Shown: positions 10,016 through 20,640, numbered from the stretch's first letter. The stretch: 64,000 bases of DNA from an uncultured delta proteobacterium (GCA_963848295.1 CAWKDB010000010.1:1632001-1696000); one strand, 5' to 3'. Notes: generated by a model from the sequence alone, not told the origin. Made by a program: numbers and translations.

Positions 10016-11497
10016 GTGGCGGACGCAGGCGCCCAAGCCACTGCCCGACCTGACTCGATGTTGCCGCGCAAGCTCGGTCGCTACGAGCTGGTCGCCGCGC
10101 TCGCGAAAGGCGGGATGGGCCAGGTCTATCTCGCCTGCACGCGCGGACCCGGTGGGTTCGAGCGGCTCGTGGTCGTGAAGTGCGCGCTGCCCGGGGCGTC
10201 CGACGATCGGGAACAGAACTTGCTCTCCGAGGCCAGAATCGCGGCGACCCTACAACATACGAACATCGTGCAAGTGCACGACGTCGGGATCGAAGACGGC
10301 GTGGTGTTCATCGCGATGGAGTACCTGCACGGCCAGGACGTCGCGGCGATCTTGACCCGAGCATGGGGAACGAAGCGTCCGCTCGGGCTCGATCCGGCGC
10401 TCGCGATCGCGCTGTCGATGTGCTCGGGCCTGCACTACGCGCACGAGAAGCGCGACAGCGACGGCTCGATGCTCGAGATCGTGCACCGTGACGTGTCGCC
10501 CTCCAACGTGATCGTGACCTACGACGGCGGCGTGAAGATCATCGACTTCGGGATCGCGAAGGCGACGTCCTTGCCGAGCGAGACCCAGCTCGGCACGGTG
10601 AAGGGCAAGCCGGGCTACATGTCGCCGGAACAGTGCCGGAGCGAGCCGCTCGATCGCCGCAGCGACGTGTTCTGCCTCGGCATCGTGCTGTACGAGCTGA
10701 CGACCGGGATCCGACCATTCGCGGGTGACAGCGAGTACGAGCTCGCGAAGGCGATCGTCGAGCTCGAGCCGGTCTGGCCGCGAGCGATCGATAGCGCGTA
10801 TCCCGCGGAGCTCGAAGCCGTCACTCGACGAGCGCTCGCGAAGGATCGCCGCGATCGGTTCCCGAGCGCGCAGGCGATGCACGACGAGCTCGCAGCGCTG
10901 GCGAGTCGACGACGGCTCGACGTCTCGCAGTTCGCGCTACAGCGCGCGATGACGAGCCTGTTTCAGGTCGAGCTCGATGCGTGGCAAGCGGCGCAGGCGA
11001 ACGAGCAGGCGATGGTCGATTTCGCGATCCAACGTACCGCGACGGACGCGCGCCGACCCGCGCGGTTCTCGGAGACCGAGGAAGCGACGGCGACGATCGT
11101 CGCGCCGATGCCGCCCGCGTCGATGGTCGAGCCGCCGGAGTCCGCGACGAACCTCGCCGCGCCTGCGATCCGGCGCAGCCGCGCGCGGCTGTACGCGACC
11201 GGCGGCGTGATCGCCGCTGTCATCGCCGGCGGGTTGGTCTTTCACTTCACGGGCAAGAGTGGGCCCGAAGCCGCTGTGCCAGCCGAGCCGATCGCCGTCG
11301 ATCCGCCACCAGCGATCGCACCGCCGCCCCCGGCCGCGATTCCAGATGCCAGCCCGCCGGTCGCTATCCCGATCGACGCCGGAATCACCGACGCACCTCC
11401 CGCGCCGCTGCGTCACATCACGCCGCCGCCGAAACGCGTCGACCATCCGCGTCACGGTGCTCCCAAGCACGTCGATCCCGACGAGATCATCCGATGA
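10016..11497 (+). CDS. Membrane Ser/Thr protein kinase with Pro-rich C-terminus
   Basis: AKGGMG, HRDVSPSN, DFG and GKPGYMSPE; TM helix. Confidence 0.92.
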   Translation: MADAGAQATARPDSMLPRKLGRYELVAALAKGGMGQVYLACTRGPGGFERLVVVKCALPGASDDREQNLLSEARIAATLQHTNIVQVHDVGIEDGVVFIAMEYLHGQDVAAILTRAWGTKRPLGLDPALAIALSMCSGLHYAHEKRDSDGSMLEIVHRDVSPSNVIVTYDGGVKIIDFGIAKATSLPSETQLGTVKGKPGYMSPEQCRSEPLDRRSDVFCLGIVLYELTTGIRPFAGDSEYELAKAIVELEPVWPRAIDSAYPAELEAVTRRALAKDRRDRFPSAQAMHDELAALASRRRLDVSQFALQRAMTSLFQVELDAWQAAQANEQAMVDFAIQRTATDARRPARFSETEEATATIVAPMPPASMVEPPESATNLAAPAIRRSRARLYATGGVIAAVIAGGLVFHFTGKSGPEAAVPAEPIAVDPPPAIAPPPPAAIPDASPPVAIPIDAGITDAPPAPLRHITPPPKRVDHPRHGAPKHVDPDEIIR

Positions 11498-12333
11498 AGG
11501 CGCGCGCACTGGCGATCGTGCCGATCGTGGTTGCGGCTCGCGTGTTACTCGCGAGCGCTGGTCCGGTGTCGTTCGAACCGCCGTCTCGGGTGCGGGGCGC
11601 GCAGGCCCACTTCAAGCGCGGCACGGAGCTGTTCGACGCGAACGACTTCGCGACCGCCGCGACCGAGTACGCCGCCGCGTACGCGCTCGACCCCGATGCG
11701 AAGTGGCTGCTGTTCAACCTCGCGGTCGCGCGGCGCAAGGCCAACGCGTGTCCCGAAGCCATCGAGGCCTACGATGCGTTCATCGCGGCGGGACCGCCTG
11801 ATGACGAGCTGGCGTTGGCACACGAAGGCGTCGCCGAGTGCGCCGAGATCCTCGCGCAAGCGCGGCGCGAAGAAGACGCGGCGCTCGCCGAACAAGCGCG
11901 ACGAGCCGAGCAAGAGCGCGCGGCCGAGCAACAACGCGCCGCCGCGGCAGAGCGCCAGCGCCTCGCCGACGATCAAGCGCTCCGTGATCGCGAAGCGAGC
12001 GAGCTCGCGAATCGCGGTTTGCGAGCTCGTCATCGCGCGATCGCGGTGGGGGTGACGAGCGCCGGTATCGGACTCGTCGCCGGTGGCCTGTACTTGGTCG
12101 CGCGCCACGAAGCCTCCGCGGCGGGCTCGGCGGGCTCGCTCGGCGATTTTCATACCGCACGGTCGAACGCATACGCGTTTCAGACCGCGAGCCAGGTCAC
12201 CGGCGTCGCCGCGGCCGCGCTCGCGACGACGGCAGCGATCTACTATGCCGTCTCGCGCGCGGCTCCCGCGCACGCGGTCGCGATCGCGCCCGTCTCGCGC
12301 GGCGCGATGCTCGTGATCGGCGGCGCGCTGTGA
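11494..12333 (+). CDS. Secreted/membrane TPR protein
   Basis: Signal peptide; AQAHFKRGTELF...YALDP...LFNLA TPR; C-terminal hydrophobic segments; ATGA coupling. Confidence 0.85.
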   Translation: MKARALAIVPIVVAARVLLASAGPVSFEPPSRVRGAQAHFKRGTELFDANDFATAATEYAAAYALDPDAKWLLFNLAVARRKANACPEAIEAYDAFIAAGPPDDELALAHEGVAECAEILAQARREEDAALAEQARRAEQERAAEQQRAAAAERQRLADDQALRDREASELANRGLRARHRAIAVGVTSAGIGLVAGGLYLVARHEASAAGSAGSLGDFHTARSNAYAFQTASQVTGVAAAALATTAAIYYAVSRAAPAHAVAIAPVSRGAMLVIGGAL

Positions 12334-13250
12334 TCCGCGGCGCGCTGCTGCTCGCGCTGGGCACGAGCTGCGTGCACGTCGCCGATACCTATACGTGCAC
12401 GAGCGATGCGCAGTGTACCGGCGCCGCGCAAGGCCGCTGCGAACCGTCGGGCAGCTGCAGCTTTCCCGATGCGACGTGCGGTACCGACGGCTATCGCTAC
12501 GACGCGTCGAGCGGTGTGCGCGCCGGTGTGTGCGTGCTCGCCGACGAGGTCGTCCAGGCCGACCTCGATTTCACCCACGCTTCCGATCAAGTCGCGAGCA
12601 ATTGCTCGACCGGCACCGCCGACATCGAGCTCGAGCTCTCGATCGCGAGCCAACAGACGATCGCGTTCGATACACCTGGAGCCGGGGCGACGATCGCCGT
12701 CTACGCCGGATCGTGTCCGCCCGCGACGCCGAGCGCGGGCATGTGCACCGACATGCCGTGCAACGATCCGACGTACGATCGCAACGTCCAGACGCTCGAT
12801 CCAGGTACGTATTGTATCGTCGCCGAGCAGACAGGCGCGACCACCGGCACGCTGCGGATGTTTCCGATCGACGGCACCGCGATCGTCGCGACCGCCGCGA
12901 CCGGAAACGGCTCGACATGCGGTCATGCGACGAACGTCGCAACTCCGAGCTGCTTCAGCCCGGTTGGCCCGTCGGTGCCGGTGCTGCTGTGGCACTGCCC
13001 GTCGATGCAGCTGCAGTTCGCGGCGACGATCACACCGGAAGCCAGTCTCGATGTCGGCCTGTCGCTGCGCCGCGCGACCGACAACTCCGAGGTCGGCGGC
13101 TACTGCGCGAACGCGGGCGGCAACGGTGCGAACGAGATGCTTCACGGCACGATCCTGAGCCCCGGCCCGTACTGGTTGATGATCGACGGTGTCGGCGGCG
13201 GCGGTGCCGGGCAGTGCGGCGCGTTCGCGACGACGTTCTCGTTTCAATGA
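12330..13250 (+). CDS. Cys-rich lipoprotein
   Basis: LGTSC lipobox; CTSDAQC...GRCEPSGSCSFPD Cys-rich N-domain. Confidence 0.8.
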   Translation: MIRGALLLALGTSCVHVADTYTCTSDAQCTGAAQGRCEPSGSCSFPDATCGTDGYRYDASSGVRAGVCVLADEVVQADLDFTHASDQVASNCSTGTADIELELSIASQQTIAFDTPGAGATIAVYAGSCPPATPSAGMCTDMPCNDPTYDRNVQTLDPGTYCIVAEQTGATTGTLRMFPIDGTAIVATAATGNGSTCGHATNVATPSCFSPVGPSVPVLLWHCPSMQLQFAATITPEASLDVGLSLRRATDNSEVGGYCANAGGNGANEMLHGTILSPGPYWLMIDGVGGGGAGQCGAFATTFSFQ

Positions 13251-13257
13251 CAGCCGC

Positions 13258-13295
13258 GGTGGCGCCAGCCTCCGGAGGTGGCGCCAGCCTCCGGA
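13258..13295. repeat. Perfect 19-bp direct repeat x2 (candidate enhancer)
   Basis: GGTGGCGCCAGCCTCCGGA at 13258-13276 and 13277-13295. Confidence 0.9.
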
Positions 13296-13333
13296 CTCCC
13301 GACGTCATCCGTGTACTTACATCGCGACGCGAG

Positions 13334-13349
13334 TGGCCCGTGCAGTGCA
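13334..13349 (+). promoter_or_regulatory. sigma54 promoter
   Basis: TGGCCCGTGCAGTGCA; ATG at 13362. Confidence 0.65.
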
Positions 13350-13361
13350 GAAGCAGTCGCC

Positions 13362-14480
13362 ATGGGTCATTCAGCTCGCTGCGCGATCGTGTTGCTGCTC
13401 GCCGCCTGCACGCATGCCGGCTCGGGCACCGCGCTCGATTCCGGATCCGCGTCGCCCGACAGCGGCTCTGGGTCGGTGTCGCCCGATGGCAGTCTCCGCG
13501 ATGGCGGCGGTGACGCCGGGACGAGCAGCGCGCTGCCACTCGGCACGGTCACCGTGACGCAAGCGACGGTCGCATGCCCGAAGGGCGCCGCACCGGGGGC
13601 GACGTGCGAGACGTTGTCGGTCTCGTGTCCGGACATCCCAGACCTCGCCGTCACGATCGCGGACGTCGAGCCCACCGGCACACCCAAGGGCACGATCGTG
13701 TCGCACGACGGTGGCTCGGGCACCGGGTTCTACAACGGTAACACCGGCGACCCGAGCCGCAGCTTTTCGAAGTCGCTCACCGCAAAGGGCTACCGGTATG
13801 TCCAGGTCGCGTGGGCCGATGACTGGGCATCGACCGGCAAAGGGATCAAGACCGCGGGCTGCCGCCCTGCGACGGTGTTCCGCTGGATCTTCGACAACAT
13901 TCACGGCGGCAGCCGGACGACCGGGTTCTGCGCGCAGAGCGCGAGCGGCGGCACCGCGGCGGTCCTCTATTCGATCGCGTCGTACGGGCTCAAGAACGTG
14001 TGGGACTACCTGCAGCTCGCGGCGGGCCCGACGCCCGCGCGCCTCGACTACGGCTGCGACCCGCCGCTCTATACCGGTGGCGCACGCAACTTGTGCCCGC
14101 AACTCACGGACGCACCGTGGCAGTACAAGAGTCCCGGCTCGTCGATCGTCAGCATCGCGAACGGCTGGGAAGGCACGAGCACGTGTGACGCGGCGGCACC
14201 GCCCGCCGGCGATGTCGACAAGTGGGCGAGCGACAGCCTGGTCTCGACCGGCGACGAGCTCGACTACTCGCAGACGACGATGACGTACTGGTACTGCGTC
14301 ACGACGCCGAACATGAGCACCGGCCAGGCGTCGTTCTTCATCGACGCGGCGCACGCGAAGAACCCGGCCGAAGTGAACTGTTACAGCGGGACGTGCACGA
14401 GCGAGGAGGTATTCGAGGACGCCGGCGCGTTCGATCTCGCGGTCCAAGAGATGACGACCGACTGCGTCCCCAACCACTAA
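13362..14480 (+). CDS. Lipoprotein, probable alpha/beta-hydrolase fold
   Basis: LLAAC lipobox; HDGGSG oxyanion-like motif and CAQSASGG nucleophile-elbow-like motif. Confidence 0.65.
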   Translation: MGHSARCAIVLLLAACTHAGSGTALDSGSASPDSGSGSVSPDGSLRDGGGDAGTSSALPLGTVTVTQATVACPKGAAPGATCETLSVSCPDIPDLAVTIADVEPTGTPKGTIVSHDGGSGTGFYNGNTGDPSRSFSKSLTAKGYRYVQVAWADDWASTGKGIKTAGCRPATVFRWIFDNIHGGSRTTGFCAQSASGGTAAVLYSIASYGLKNVWDYLQLAAGPTPARLDYGCDPPLYTGGARNLCPQLTDAPWQYKSPGSSIVSIANGWEGTSTCDAAAPPAGDVDKWASDSLVSTGDELDYSQTTMTYWYCVTTPNMSTGQASFFIDAAHAKNPAEVNCYSGTCTSEEVFEDAGAFDLAVQEMTTDCVPNH

Positions 14481-14494
14481 TCCGTCGAGGCCTC

Positions 14495-16738
14495 ATGACC
14501 AAGCTCCTGTTGTCGATCTGTGCGGTCGCCCTCGCGGCGTGCCACGGCGGTGCGGAAGGCGGCGGCGATGGCGGTGACGGCGGCGGTGGCGGTGGCGATT
14601 CGGGCGCGTCGATCGATGCGCAGTCGTGCGCGGCCGAGCCCGCCGACTTCTTCGTCGCCACGAACGGCGACGATGCGTGGACCGGCACCCTCGCAGCTCC
14701 GAACAGCGCCGGCACCGACGGGCCGTTCGCGACGCTCGGCCACGCCCAGACGATGGTGCGCTCGCTGCCGCGCGGTGGCCGGACGACGCCGATCACGGTC
14801 TCGATCCGCGGCGGCACGTACTTCTTGGCGAAGACGTGGACGTTCGACGCGACCGATGCCGGCACGGCCGCCGTGCCGACCGTCTACGCGGCATATCCGT
14901 GCGAGACCCCGGTCATCAGCGGCGGGTTCGCGATCGACTCGTGGACCGCCGATGCGAGTGGCGCGCTCACCGCGACCGTACCGGCGACCGCGAGCTTCGC
15001 GCAGCTGTGGGTCAACGATGCGCGCCGCTATCGCCCGCGCGCGCTCGCCGGCGGGTACGGCTTCATCGACACGCCGACCGCAAACGGCTTCCACTTCACC
15101 GACGCCGGCGCGTTCTCGCCGAGCTGGCACGACCTGGGCGATGTCGAGGTCGTCGTGTTCGAGAAGTGGACGGTGTCGCGCAAGAAGGTCCTCGGCGTCA
15201 ATGCGGCGACGCAGACGGTGACGACCGACCCGTTCACGAACGCCGGTGCCGATCACGGCTATCTGCAAGGCCATCGCTACCTCGTCGAGAACGTCAAGGA
15301 GGCGATCGCGCCCGGCCAGTTCTATCTCGACAGCGTCAGCCACGAGCTGTCATATATGCCGCTCGCCGGCGAGACCGCCGCGAACGTGACCGCGATCGCG
15401 CCGGCGCTATCGCAGCTCGTCGTCGCGAACGGCCTGACCTACACGACATTTCGCGGCCTGACGTTCTCGCATTCGAACTACGTGATCCCGGCGACCGGGT
15501 ATCAACAGACCCAAGGGTTGTGGGACATCCCGGCGGCGGTCGAGCTCGATGACTCGGTCCACGTGACGTTCGATGGCTGCTCGTTCGAGCACCTGGGCAA
15601 CGTCGGCGTCGACATCGAGGGCAGCGGCGGGTTCGTCGCGAGCGCGGGCGACCCGTACTCGGACGAGATCATCAACAGTGCGGTCACCGACATCGGCGTC
15701 AGCGGCATCCGGATCGGGTCGGACAACCGACCGCCGAACACCGTCACCGATGCGACCGCGACCCAGAGCGTGCACGTCGCGAACAACCTGATCGCGGGAG
15801 GTGGCCGGTACCTGACCAGCGGCGTCGGTATCATCATCGGCGAATCCCACGGCAACGTCATCGAGCATAACGAGATCGACGATCTTTATCAGACCGGCAT
15901 CTCGGTCGGCTTCACGTTCGCGACCACTTCCGCCAACGGTACGATCGCGACCTATCCCGCGACGCTCGCGCACGACAACGTGCTCGACCACAATCTGATC
16001 CACGACATCGGCCGCGGCGTCACCGACGACTTCGGCGGCATCTACCTGCTGGTCGGGAAGTCGCTCGGCAACGTCGTCTCGAACAACGTCATCCACGACA
16101 TCGTCAACTCCCCGAGCGCGGGCGGCTACGGCGGCAACGGCATCTACTTCGACCAGGGGACGAGCAACGTGATGGCGACGTCGAATCTCGTCTACCGCGT
16201 CACCGGCTCGCTGATGCAGCAGAACTACGGCCGCGCCGACGTGTTCACGAACAACCTCTTCGCGTTCGGCAAGGCCGGCGTCTACCACCACCAGTTCTAC
16301 GAACCGGCCGGCACGCTGTGGGCGACGTTCGCGAACAACGTCGTCTACTACGATACCGGCCCGTTCTTCGACCAGGGCTTTCACTGCCCGGCCGGCAGCG
16401 ACTGCCGATCGTCGTTCGATCTCCACGACAACGACGAGCTCTCGACGCGAGGGGCCGTGACCTTTCAGATCCAGACTCCGGCCGAGAGCTACACGCTCGC
16501 GCAGTTCCAAGCGATGCAGTCCGAGGAGCTCGGTTCGATCTCGGCCGACCCGCAGCTCGTTGACCCGACGTATGGCCACGACGACTTCACCTTGTCCGCG
16601 ACGTCGCCCGCGCTCGGCATCGGCTTCGTACCGTTCGACCCATCGACCGCGGGTCGCACGACCACGGCGCTGATGCCGCCACCTGCGCCGACCGCGTTCC
16701 CGCTGCAGGAGCCGGCCGATCCCGCGACGTTCTATTAG
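14495..16738 (+). CDS. Lipoprotein with right-handed parallel beta-helix (putative polysaccharide-active enzyme)
   Basis: LAAC lipobox; FVATNGDD...DGPFATL; repeated NxIHD/GIYFD turns. Confidence 0.85.
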   Translation: MTKLLLSICAVALAACHGGAEGGGDGGDGGGGGGDSGASIDAQSCAAEPADFFVATNGDDAWTGTLAAPNSAGTDGPFATLGHAQTMVRSLPRGGRTTPITVSIRGGTYFLAKTWTFDATDAGTAAVPTVYAAYPCETPVISGGFAIDSWTADASGALTATVPATASFAQLWVNDARRYRPRALAGGYGFIDTPTANGFHFTDAGAFSPSWHDLGDVEVVVFEKWTVSRKKVLGVNAATQTVTTDPFTNAGADHGYLQGHRYLVENVKEAIAPGQFYLDSVSHELSYMPLAGETAANVTAIAPALSQLVVANGLTYTTFRGLTFSHSNYVIPATGYQQTQGLWDIPAAVELDDSVHVTFDGCSFEHLGNVGVDIEGSGGFVASAGDPYSDEIINSAVTDIGVSGIRIGSDNRPPNTVTDATATQSVHVANNLIAGGGRYLTSGVGIIIGESHGNVIEHNEIDDLYQTGISVGFTFATTSANGTIATYPATLAHDNVLDHNLIHDIGRGVTDDFGGIYLLVGKSLGNVVSNNVIHDIVNSPSAGGYGGNGIYFDQGTSNVMATSNLVYRVTGSLMQQNYGRADVFTNNLFAFGKAGVYHHQFYEPAGTLWATFANNVVYYDTGPFFDQGFHCPAGSDCRSSFDLHDNDELSTRGAVTFQIQTPAESYTLAQFQAMQSEELGSISADPQLVDPTYGHDDFTLSATSPALGIGFVPFDPSTAGRTTTALMPPPAPTAFPLQEPADPATFY

Positions 16739-16743
16739 CGCGG

Positions 16744-16777
16744 CTCGAAAATCTGAGGCGCGCGGCGGCAATCTGAG
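16744..16777. promoter_or_regulatory. Tandem candidate bEBP enhancer sites
   Basis: CTCGAAAATCTGAG (16744-57) and GGCGGCAATCTGAG (16764-77); first is identical to 59639-59652. Confidence 0.65.
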
Positions 16778-16819
16778 AGCTGGCGAGCGAGAGCTCCATG
16801 GATTTCGCAGGCTTTGCCG

Positions 16820-16835
16820 TGGCACTGTCCTCGCA
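16820..16835 (+). promoter_or_regulatory. sigma54 promoter
   Basis: TGGCACTGTCCTCGCA; ATG at 16848. Confidence 0.7.
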
Positions 16836-16847
16836 ACCACCGGACGG

Positions 16848-19745
16848 ATGAGTCGCCTCGCGCTGTCGATCGCATTGGGTTCGGCCCTGTTCGCCGCCTG
16901 TACCGGGAGCGACGAGGACCGATTTCCGGGGCAGACTAGCTTCGTCTCGGCGCCTCCGAGTTGGTACACGTTTGGAGAGACCGATGGCGTCGGCGGTACT
17001 GCCGGCGCCGGATCGGCGGCCGGTGGCACCGACACGACCTCCGGCACGGCGCGCACGGTCGAAGAGACCGACCTGTACCGGCTCGACGGCAACCGGCTGT
17101 ACTACCTCAACGCGTTTCGCGGCTTGATGGTGTTCGACGTCACCGACGTCGACCATCCCGCGTTGCTCGGTCGCTCGCCGATCTACGGCTCGCCGGTCGA
17201 CATGGTCGTCAACAACGGCATCGCGATCGTCGTCGTCGCCGACTGGTACGGCACGCTCGACGACGGCACGCCATTTCGCGGCTCGATCGTGCGCGGCCTC
17301 GATGCGACCGACCCGACGAACATCAAGTCGCTCGGCGATGCGAAGCTCGGCGGTTGGGTCCAAGACGATCGCGTCGTCGGCAACGTGATCTACGCGGTGA
17401 GCGAAGACTACGGCTGGAACTACGGTTGGTACGCCAACGGCAGCGGTGAGAACGTCGAGCAAGTGATCGTGTCGTCGGTCAGCTTCGCAAACAACACGAT
17501 CAAGAGCGTCAGCCAAGTGTCATTGCCCGGCTACGCCGGCATCTTCAACGTCACGCCGAATTCGATCATGCTCGCGCACGACCTGATCGACGCGAACGAT
17601 CGCGACACCGGGCGCACGGCGCTGCTCTATCTCGACATCTCCGATCCGAACGGCGCGATCGTGCAGCGCGGCTCGATCTCGGTCGACGGCATGGTCGAGG
17701 GCTGGGGCGCCGACAACGGCCGATGGAACCTCGACTTCGCCGACGGCGCGACCGCGCACGTCATCGGCTGCGGCGGCGAGAGCTACTGCGACGACGAGAC
17801 CGGCTTCATCCTCTCGACGGTCGACTTCACGAACCCGGATCGTCCGGCGCTCGCGTCGCAGCTCGATATCCCGGCGACCGGTTGGACGGCAGCAGCTCGG
17901 TTCGATAGCGGGCGGATGTACCTGTCGCCGGACAGCGGCTGGAGCAGTGGCTCGACCCCATTCCAGGTCTACGACCTGACCGTGCCGACGAAGCCGGCGC
18001 TCGCCGGCACCGTCACGATCCCGGGCGATGTGTGGAACATCTTGCCCGCGCCGCAGCAGCGGCTGTTCGCGCTCGGCAGCTCGGATGGACCCGGCGAAGG
18101 CGACGCGGTGACGCTGACCTATCTCGACGTCACGAACCCCGCCGCGCCCGTCCGGCTCGGCACCTCGCAGTTCGGTCAAGGCTGGGCGTGGACGCCGGCG
18201 ACCGACACGTTCAAGGCGTTCACGATGGACGCGACCAAGGGCCTCGTCGTGTTGCCGTTCGCCGGCTGGGATCAGACGCAACAGACGTACACCAACGGGC
18301 TGCAGCTGATCGAGTTCACGCCGACCACGCAGACGACGGCGAGCGCGGCGCGCACGAAGGGCTGGGTCGAGCGCGGCATCTTCGTCGGAAATCGCTTGGT
18401 GTCGCTGTCGGACATGTCGCTCGCGGTGGTCGACTACACGAATCCGATGGCGCCGACCGTCGTCACCGAGCTCACGCTCGCGCGCAACGTCGTCGCGTCG
18501 CGGCCGAGCACGTCGAACGGCGGCACGATCGCCGAGGTGTCGTCGGATTGGTGGGACAACGACGTCACGACATCGGAAGTACGCGTGCTGCCGATCGCGA
18601 ACGCCGAAGAGACCGCCGACGCGACCGGTGTGCCGACGCTCGACGTCCCCGGTGTCGACGCGAAGCTGTTCACGAACGGCAACCTGTCCTATGTCGTGAC
18701 CAACGTGCAGACGCCGTGCGCGGATTCGCAAGCCACCTGCCGTGCGCAGCGCGTCCAAGTCGTCGATCTGTCGAACGGGCTGGCGGTCCCTCGCGGATCG
18801 ATCAGCCTGCCGACCGACTCCTGGGGCTGGTACGGCTGGGGCTGGTACGGCTTCCTGTGGGACGACTGGTACCAGGGCTCCGAGGTCGTCCAGCTCGAAG
18901 GCGATGCGCTCGCGTTCCGCCGCTGGCAACCGGAGTACGACGCCAACCACAACTTCATCACCACGAACTCGTTGCTCTATCTCGTGGACCTGTCGAACCC
19001 CGACGCGCCGCACATCGCCTCGATCACGATCCAACCCGACCCGGCCGCGTGGTGGGGCGACATGCAGGTCGTCGGCGACACGCTCTACACCTCGCACTAC
19101 GAGTGGGTGCGCCAGCCGTCCAACGATGACGGCGGCCTCGTCAAATACTACATCGATGGCATCGACCTGAGCGACCGCGGCAACCCGCGCGTCCGCCACA
19201 AGATCAACGTGCCCGGCATGCTGGTCGGCGCGGATGCGAACGACCACGAGCTGCTCTACACCGTCGATTATCGCTGGGACGGCAACACGCCGAAGAACGA
19301 CTTCAACGTCGTGCGGATCTCCGGCGACACCGCGACGCTCCAGTCGACGACCCGAGTCAGCGGTTGGACCGGCACGCCGTTCATTCAGGGCACGACCGCG
19401 TACGTGTCGGCGCAGCGCTATCCCGATCCGAATAGTCCAAACGACTGGCCGGTGGTCGATCTGCACGCGATCGATGTCTCCGATCCGCAGCATCCCGTCG
19501 ACCATGTCGCCAGCGGTGGTTCCGGTTGGGGCTGGCTGCTCGCGGTCGAAGGCGATCGCTTGCTCGTGACCTCGGGCTGGGGGCCCGACGGCCTCGATAT
19601 CTACAAGCTCCCGGCCGGCCAGGCGCCGCAGTTCGAACAGACAGTGCGAGCCCGCGGTTGGTGGATCGACGGTGTCTCGCGGCAAGGCTCCCAGCTGTTC
19701 TTGTCGAGTGGTTACTGGGGCGTGCAGAGCGTCGGGCTCGAGTAA
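16848..19745 (+). CDS. Large beta-propeller lipoprotein (Beta_propel/LVIVD-like blades)
   Basis: FAAC lipobox; VEETDLYR; repeated DxTxPxxP blade motifs. Confidence 0.85.
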   Translation: MSRLALSIALGSALFAACTGSDEDRFPGQTSFVSAPPSWYTFGETDGVGGTAGAGSAAGGTDTTSGTARTVEETDLYRLDGNRLYYLNAFRGLMVFDVTDVDHPALLGRSPIYGSPVDMVVNNGIAIVVVADWYGTLDDGTPFRGSIVRGLDATDPTNIKSLGDAKLGGWVQDDRVVGNVIYAVSEDYGWNYGWYANGSGENVEQVIVSSVSFANNTIKSVSQVSLPGYAGIFNVTPNSIMLAHDLIDANDRDTGRTALLYLDISDPNGAIVQRGSISVDGMVEGWGADNGRWNLDFADGATAHVIGCGGESYCDDETGFILSTVDFTNPDRPALASQLDIPATGWTAAARFDSGRMYLSPDSGWSSGSTPFQVYDLTVPTKPALAGTVTIPGDVWNILPAPQQRLFALGSSDGPGEGDAVTLTYLDVTNPAAPVRLGTSQFGQGWAWTPATDTFKAFTMDATKGLVVLPFAGWDQTQQTYTNGLQLIEFTPTTQTTASAARTKGWVERGIFVGNRLVSLSDMSLAVVDYTNPMAPTVVTELTLARNVVASRPSTSNGGTIAEVSSDWWDNDVTTSEVRVLPIANAEETADATGVPTLDVPGVDAKLFTNGNLSYVVTNVQTPCADSQATCRAQRVQVVDLSNGLAVPRGSISLPTDSWGWYGWGWYGFLWDDWYQGSEVVQLEGDALAFRRWQPEYDANHNFITTNSLLYLVDLSNPDAPHIASITIQPDPAAWWGDMQVVGDTLYTSHYEWVRQPSNDDGGLVKYYIDGIDLSDRGNPRVRHKINVPGMLVGADANDHELLYTVDYRWDGNTPKNDFNVVRISGDTATLQSTTRVSGWTGTPFIQGTTAYVSAQRYPDPNSPNDWPVVDLHAIDVSDPQHPVDHVASGGSGWGWLLAVEGDRLLVTSGWGPDGLDIYKLPAGQAPQFEQTVRARGWWIDGVSRQGSQLFLSSGYWGVQSVGLE

Positions 19746-19800
19746 CCGCGCAGGTGAATCGGCGCCCGGTCGACGCCCCGCCGAAGCCGGCGACGTGAGC

Positions 19801-20640
19801 TCAACGCAGCTCGTCGAGCGCGCTCGCGACGTTATCGATCGCGTGTACGATCTTGTTCGCACGTGGATCATCCGACGCTACGCGGTGGACGCGATCGAGC
19901 GTCGTCTTCTGCGCCTCGCCCGCCTGCGCGCCGTCGAGCATCGCCGCCCAGATCCGTTCTGAGGCCGCGACGTGCGCACGATCGAAGTCCGACGCCTTCG
20001 CGGCCGAGCCGAGCGCCGCCATCCGCGCTTCGACTTCCTTATGGCCCTCCGGCGTTAGCAAATACTCGCCTTGCCGTTTGTTGTACTGCGCCGCGGCCGC
20101 GACGATCCGGACGAGCTCGCCGTCTGGGCGCGCGACCGGTGGCGTCGGGTGTTGCTCTTCGGCTGCTTGGTCGCGCACTCGCTTCAGCAGCCAAGCACCG
20201 ACCAAGGGCTCGAGAAGGTTGCCGCCTTCACCGATCAACCGCTCCCCGAGGTACGTACCGGCGCGCACCCCATCGCCGCCCGCACGGATCGCGAGCGAGC
20301 CGAGCGTGTGCATCCGCACCGGGTCGTCGCCGGAGAGCGCCGACACCGGCGGCAGCCCACCTTTCGCGCGTGACCACGTCACGAGGTCGACGACCGCGTC
20401 ACTGCCGTTCGGGAACGCGTTGAGTGGAGCGGCCGGGTTCGTGTCGAGAACGTCCTGCCATGCTCGCTCGTTCGCCGCGACGATCGCGAGCGCGGCGACG
20501 AGATCCTCGGTCGGGCCGGGCGCGACCGTCGGCCTCGCGAGCTCGGCGATGTGCGCCCACGCGGCCTCACTCGGGGGCGGCGAACGCGGCTCGGTACTGC
20601 CGCAGCCGAACACGACGAGGACCGCGAGCGCGCGAGTCAT
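19801..20640 (-). CDS. Hypothetical lipoprotein
   Basis: VVFGC lipobox; TAGCTT-N6-ATG. Confidence 0.75.
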   Translation of the reverse strand: MTRALAVLVVFGCGSTEPRSPPPSEAAWAHIAELARPTVAPGPTEDLVAALAIVAANERAWQDVLDTNPAAPLNAFPNGSDAVVDLVTWSRAKGGLPPVSALSGDDPVRMHTLGSLAIRAGGDGVRAGTYLGERLIGEGGNLLEPLVGAWLLKRVRDQAAEEQHPTPPVARPDGELVRIVAAAAQYNKRQGEYLLTPEGHKEVEARMAALGSAAKASDFDRAHVAASERIWAAMLDGAQAGEAQKTTLDRVHRVASDDPRANKIVHAIDNVASALDELR

